From: Cyanidioschyzon merolae
Taxonomy: Eukaryota
DNA length: 64,000 nucleotides
Reading direction: 5' to 3' (one strand)
Assembly: GCA_000091205.1 (NCBI GenBank)
Contig: AP006500.2
Part shown: in pieces, positions 61,824-64,000 of the stretch
How positions within the stretch are numbered: the stretch's first letter is position 1
How the letters are laid out: every line of letters starts with the position of its first letter
Translations under genes and position numbers: made by a program
Notes under the pieces: model-generated
Told to the model about the DNA's origin: nothing
The model's input: only the letters and a program-made list of their open reading frames with translations
Database searches by the model: none

Positions 61824-62639
61824 CTTTGGTCCGGTTCAAAAGCACGACTTTAGCCAGTTTTCGTCTGGCTCTGGAGCGCAAGCACTTAGAGGAAACGGCA
61901 TGCGTGACTTGGCAAAGCCGCTCACGGGGGATGCGCTTGCTTTCGAACGAGCCGGGATCATGCACTGGTCGCGTCCTCTGTCGAGTCGACGCCCTGCTTG
62001 TCGCTTTCGTTGAAGCGCTGTGCTTAACACGCGTCCATGAGGAAGTTCTTTCGAAGGTTCGTATTCCAGCCATTCCATCGCTGCGACTGATCAATACATA
62101 TCATGGAAACCGATGCTACTGGTCGTCGGAAATGAAGCGAACGAGAGGAACACAGAGGCGAACCTCGAAGCCGACACAAGCCGTCTCGCAAGAGCGCTCA
62201 ACGTCGTTTATTGTATGGATTCCGTAGAGCATGCAGTCGAGCGGATCAGCGGCAGGGCTGCAGCGAGATAACTTTTTATGGTGTCGGATCGATGCATGGA
62301 ATTCGAAAAAACCGACTCGATGCACAGTTCCGAAAAAACGGCAGTCAGGAAAGTGTGCACGACTCCTAGTCCGATCCGATGGGTTGCAGGGAACCCACAG
62401 ATCAGCGTTGCGGTCGGAGATCATGAGTCGTTCAAGAGATTCGCCGAGTGCCGAGCCTATGGTCGGCACCTGTGGCGTGCACAACGCCATGTCCCTGCTC
62501 TGGTGCTGTGTGCGGAAGGCCGCTTCGAGCCTCATTGGCTACTATCGCATGGAATCGAAAGCAAAACAGCGCAAACGGTGACAAACGGTGTGCGTCACGC
62601 GCCAGCATACAGCGTGTGCGTTCGCGAAAACGTCAGCGC

Positions 62640-63818
62640 TCACAGCGCTCGTTGAATATATCGCTTGGAACCGAGGCGACCTCGTTTCTCTCGCATTCGG
62701 CGGTTCGAAAACCACCAACAGATTTGCTTGCGAGTGAGTCCTGTACTGTTGACTAACTGCTCACGCTCTGCTGCTGATGGATAGATGCTGACGCATTCGT
62801 AATGCTGGATGAGGATAGCTTCAGCGTGTCGCGAGAGTTTGTGGCGCTCGCTACCAACCATGCCCGTCCCAGAGCCCGTGCTCAGCTGCTCCATCAGAAA
62901 CCCCTCACCGTAGCGAGCAAGTACCGTCCTGAAGAACGCACGAGCAGTACGCGATCTGGTTGGCGGGATCGTCAGCTGCTGCTGCTGCGCGAGATCCTTC
63001 TGATCAACAGATTCTGAGATCTGGGATGCTACGCTTGAGCGCTCATCATCCAAGCCGGGAGCTTCCCGCGGAGTGCACAGCTCCACAGCCGACGATGGAA
63101 GCGCTTTCGAAAGCGGCCGCCGGAGGATTCCTTGCTCCGGGTTGCGAGCATTGAATTCCGTTGCATGGATGCCCCCGAGATACCCCGTACGATTTGCAGC
63201 AGATGTGGCTCCAGCGGGTAGACGCTGTACCGCGGACCCATGGAAGCATGCATCCGTAGTGCCAAGCGCTCCCCGATAGACATCGCACACGTCTTCATAC
63301 CAGAACGATTCTCCGTCGTTGGCAGCGTCTCCGAAAGCTTCGACATGCCACGGCAACGGTATCCGTAAACCAAGCGCTGCTCCAGATGCTGCTACCGCGT
63401 TTCGATCGCTTCGGCGTGCAGCATCCGAGGAGTCGGCCGTCTCAACAAAGCGCTGTGTCGATGCACTGAGATGCTCCGTCACGACTGGCATCGAAGACGT
63501 AGAACAATGCCCAGGCGTGCCTGTCCCTGGATCGTTTTCATCGCGAGCACGCGAAACGGCATATGCTCGGCAAGCACGCTCGTGCATCTGGAGAAGACAC
63601 TGGCAGCAGGACTCGAACTTGAGTCGGAAACGAATCAGCTGTTGCAAGGCGGTAACGAGTTCAACCAGTGCACCGGAGACGTGCACAGACGCCAACGGGA
63701 CATGCTCGCTGCATTGCTGGAGTTGCTGGAGCAGTAAACAGGTGGCCTCTCGCGGCTCGCAAGTCGCCAAGGAAGCGAGCGCCCGTAGCATTCGACGAGG
63801 AAGCGTACCCCTGAGCAA
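62640..63818 (-). CDS. Homeobox (homeodomain) transcription factor
   Basis: The C-terminal homeodomain is RHKLSRHAEAILIQHYECVSIYPSAAEREQLVNSTGLTRKQICWWFSNRRMREKR, with the WFxNRR recognition helix. The rest of the protein has no recognised domain. Confidence 0.7.
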   Translation of the reverse strand: MLRGTLPRRMLRALASLATCEPREATCLLLQQLQQCSEHVPLASVHVSGALVELVTALQQLIRFRLKFESCCQCLLQMHERACRAYAVSRARDENDPGTGTPGHCSTSSMPVVTEHLSASTQRFVETADSSDAARRSDRNAVAASGAALGLRIPLPWHVEAFGDAANDGESFWYEDVCDVYRGALGTTDACFHGSAVQRLPAGATSAANRTGYLGGIHATEFNARNPEQGILRRPLSKALPSSAVELCTPREAPGLDDERSSVASQISESVDQKDLAQQQQLTIPPTRSRTARAFFRTVLARYGEGFLMEQLSTGSGTGMVGSERHKLSRHAEAILIQHYECVSIYPSAAEREQLVNSTGLTRKQICWWFSNRRMREKRGRLGSKRYIQRAL

Positions 63819-64000
63819 CCATTCCCGGAGGTTCTCGATGCTTGGCGTTGCCTCTGCGGCTGTTGTCCGATCGAACGACGGGACACTCAGGAGTCCACCG
63901 TTGCAAATAACGTGTTCGACGAGAGCCTCTAGTTTTTCCGCAGCTGCTTGTTGGACTCGCGCTTCACTTGACGCGGGGTGTCTGGAGTCGGCAGTCGAGT

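Noticed and set aside
1-64000. Possibility that the window is prokaryotic, viral or a genomic island (the prompt hints at a novel system)
   Set aside because: The gene content is canonical eukaryotic nuclear housekeeping (nucleoporin, GINS, La, POP1, eS19/eL21, adaptin, homeobox, MYB, eEFSec). There are no operons, RBS patterns, phage or defence genes, or CRISPR repeats. The novelty here lies in the non-coding repeats and conserved upstream elements rather than in a defence or mobile system.

Overview
This window looks like a nuclear segment from a compact, intron-poor eukaryote rather than a prokaryote or a mobile-element island. GC is roughly 57-60% and CpG is not depleted. I could not find any prokaryotic operon structure, CRISPR array, rRNA or tRNA genes by reading it. 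About 20 long single-ORF genes alternate between the two strands at roughly one gene per 3 kb. Nearly all are conserved eukaryotic housekeeping genes that I can recognise by motif: ribosomal proteins eS19 and eL21, La protein, Ddi1, GINS Psf1, POP1, nucleoporin Nup93/Nic96, a sigma adaptin, a KsgA/Dim1 dimethyltransferase, an IMP-type signal peptidase, a lysophospholipid acyltransferase, a sulfite-oxidase-type molybdoenzyme, the selenocysteine elongation factor eEFSec, an EgtB/OvoA-like sulfoxide synthase, a cytochrome b5, a homeobox protein, a RING-H2 protein and a SHAQKYF-class MYB. That MYB class favours Archaeplastida; I could not pin down the organism. The unusual content is non-coding. 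First, a 488-bp near-identical direct duplication brackets the RING and PSF1 genes, with each copy lying just upstream of a gene start. Second, three diverged copies of a ~150-bp element each sit about 0.9 kb upstream of an unrelated gene in the same orientation, and they show peptide-like conservation (synonymous codon changes). Third, three different minisatellite arrays (101-bp x8, 111-bp x6, 112-bp x4) and a (GTC)25 microsatellite are packed into the two intergenic spacers flanking the eEFSec / metallophosphoesterase gene pair. Gene starts are often internal to the listed ORFs, and two multi-kb stretches (17.4-21.0 kb and 49.9-54.7 kb) have no convincing gene model.
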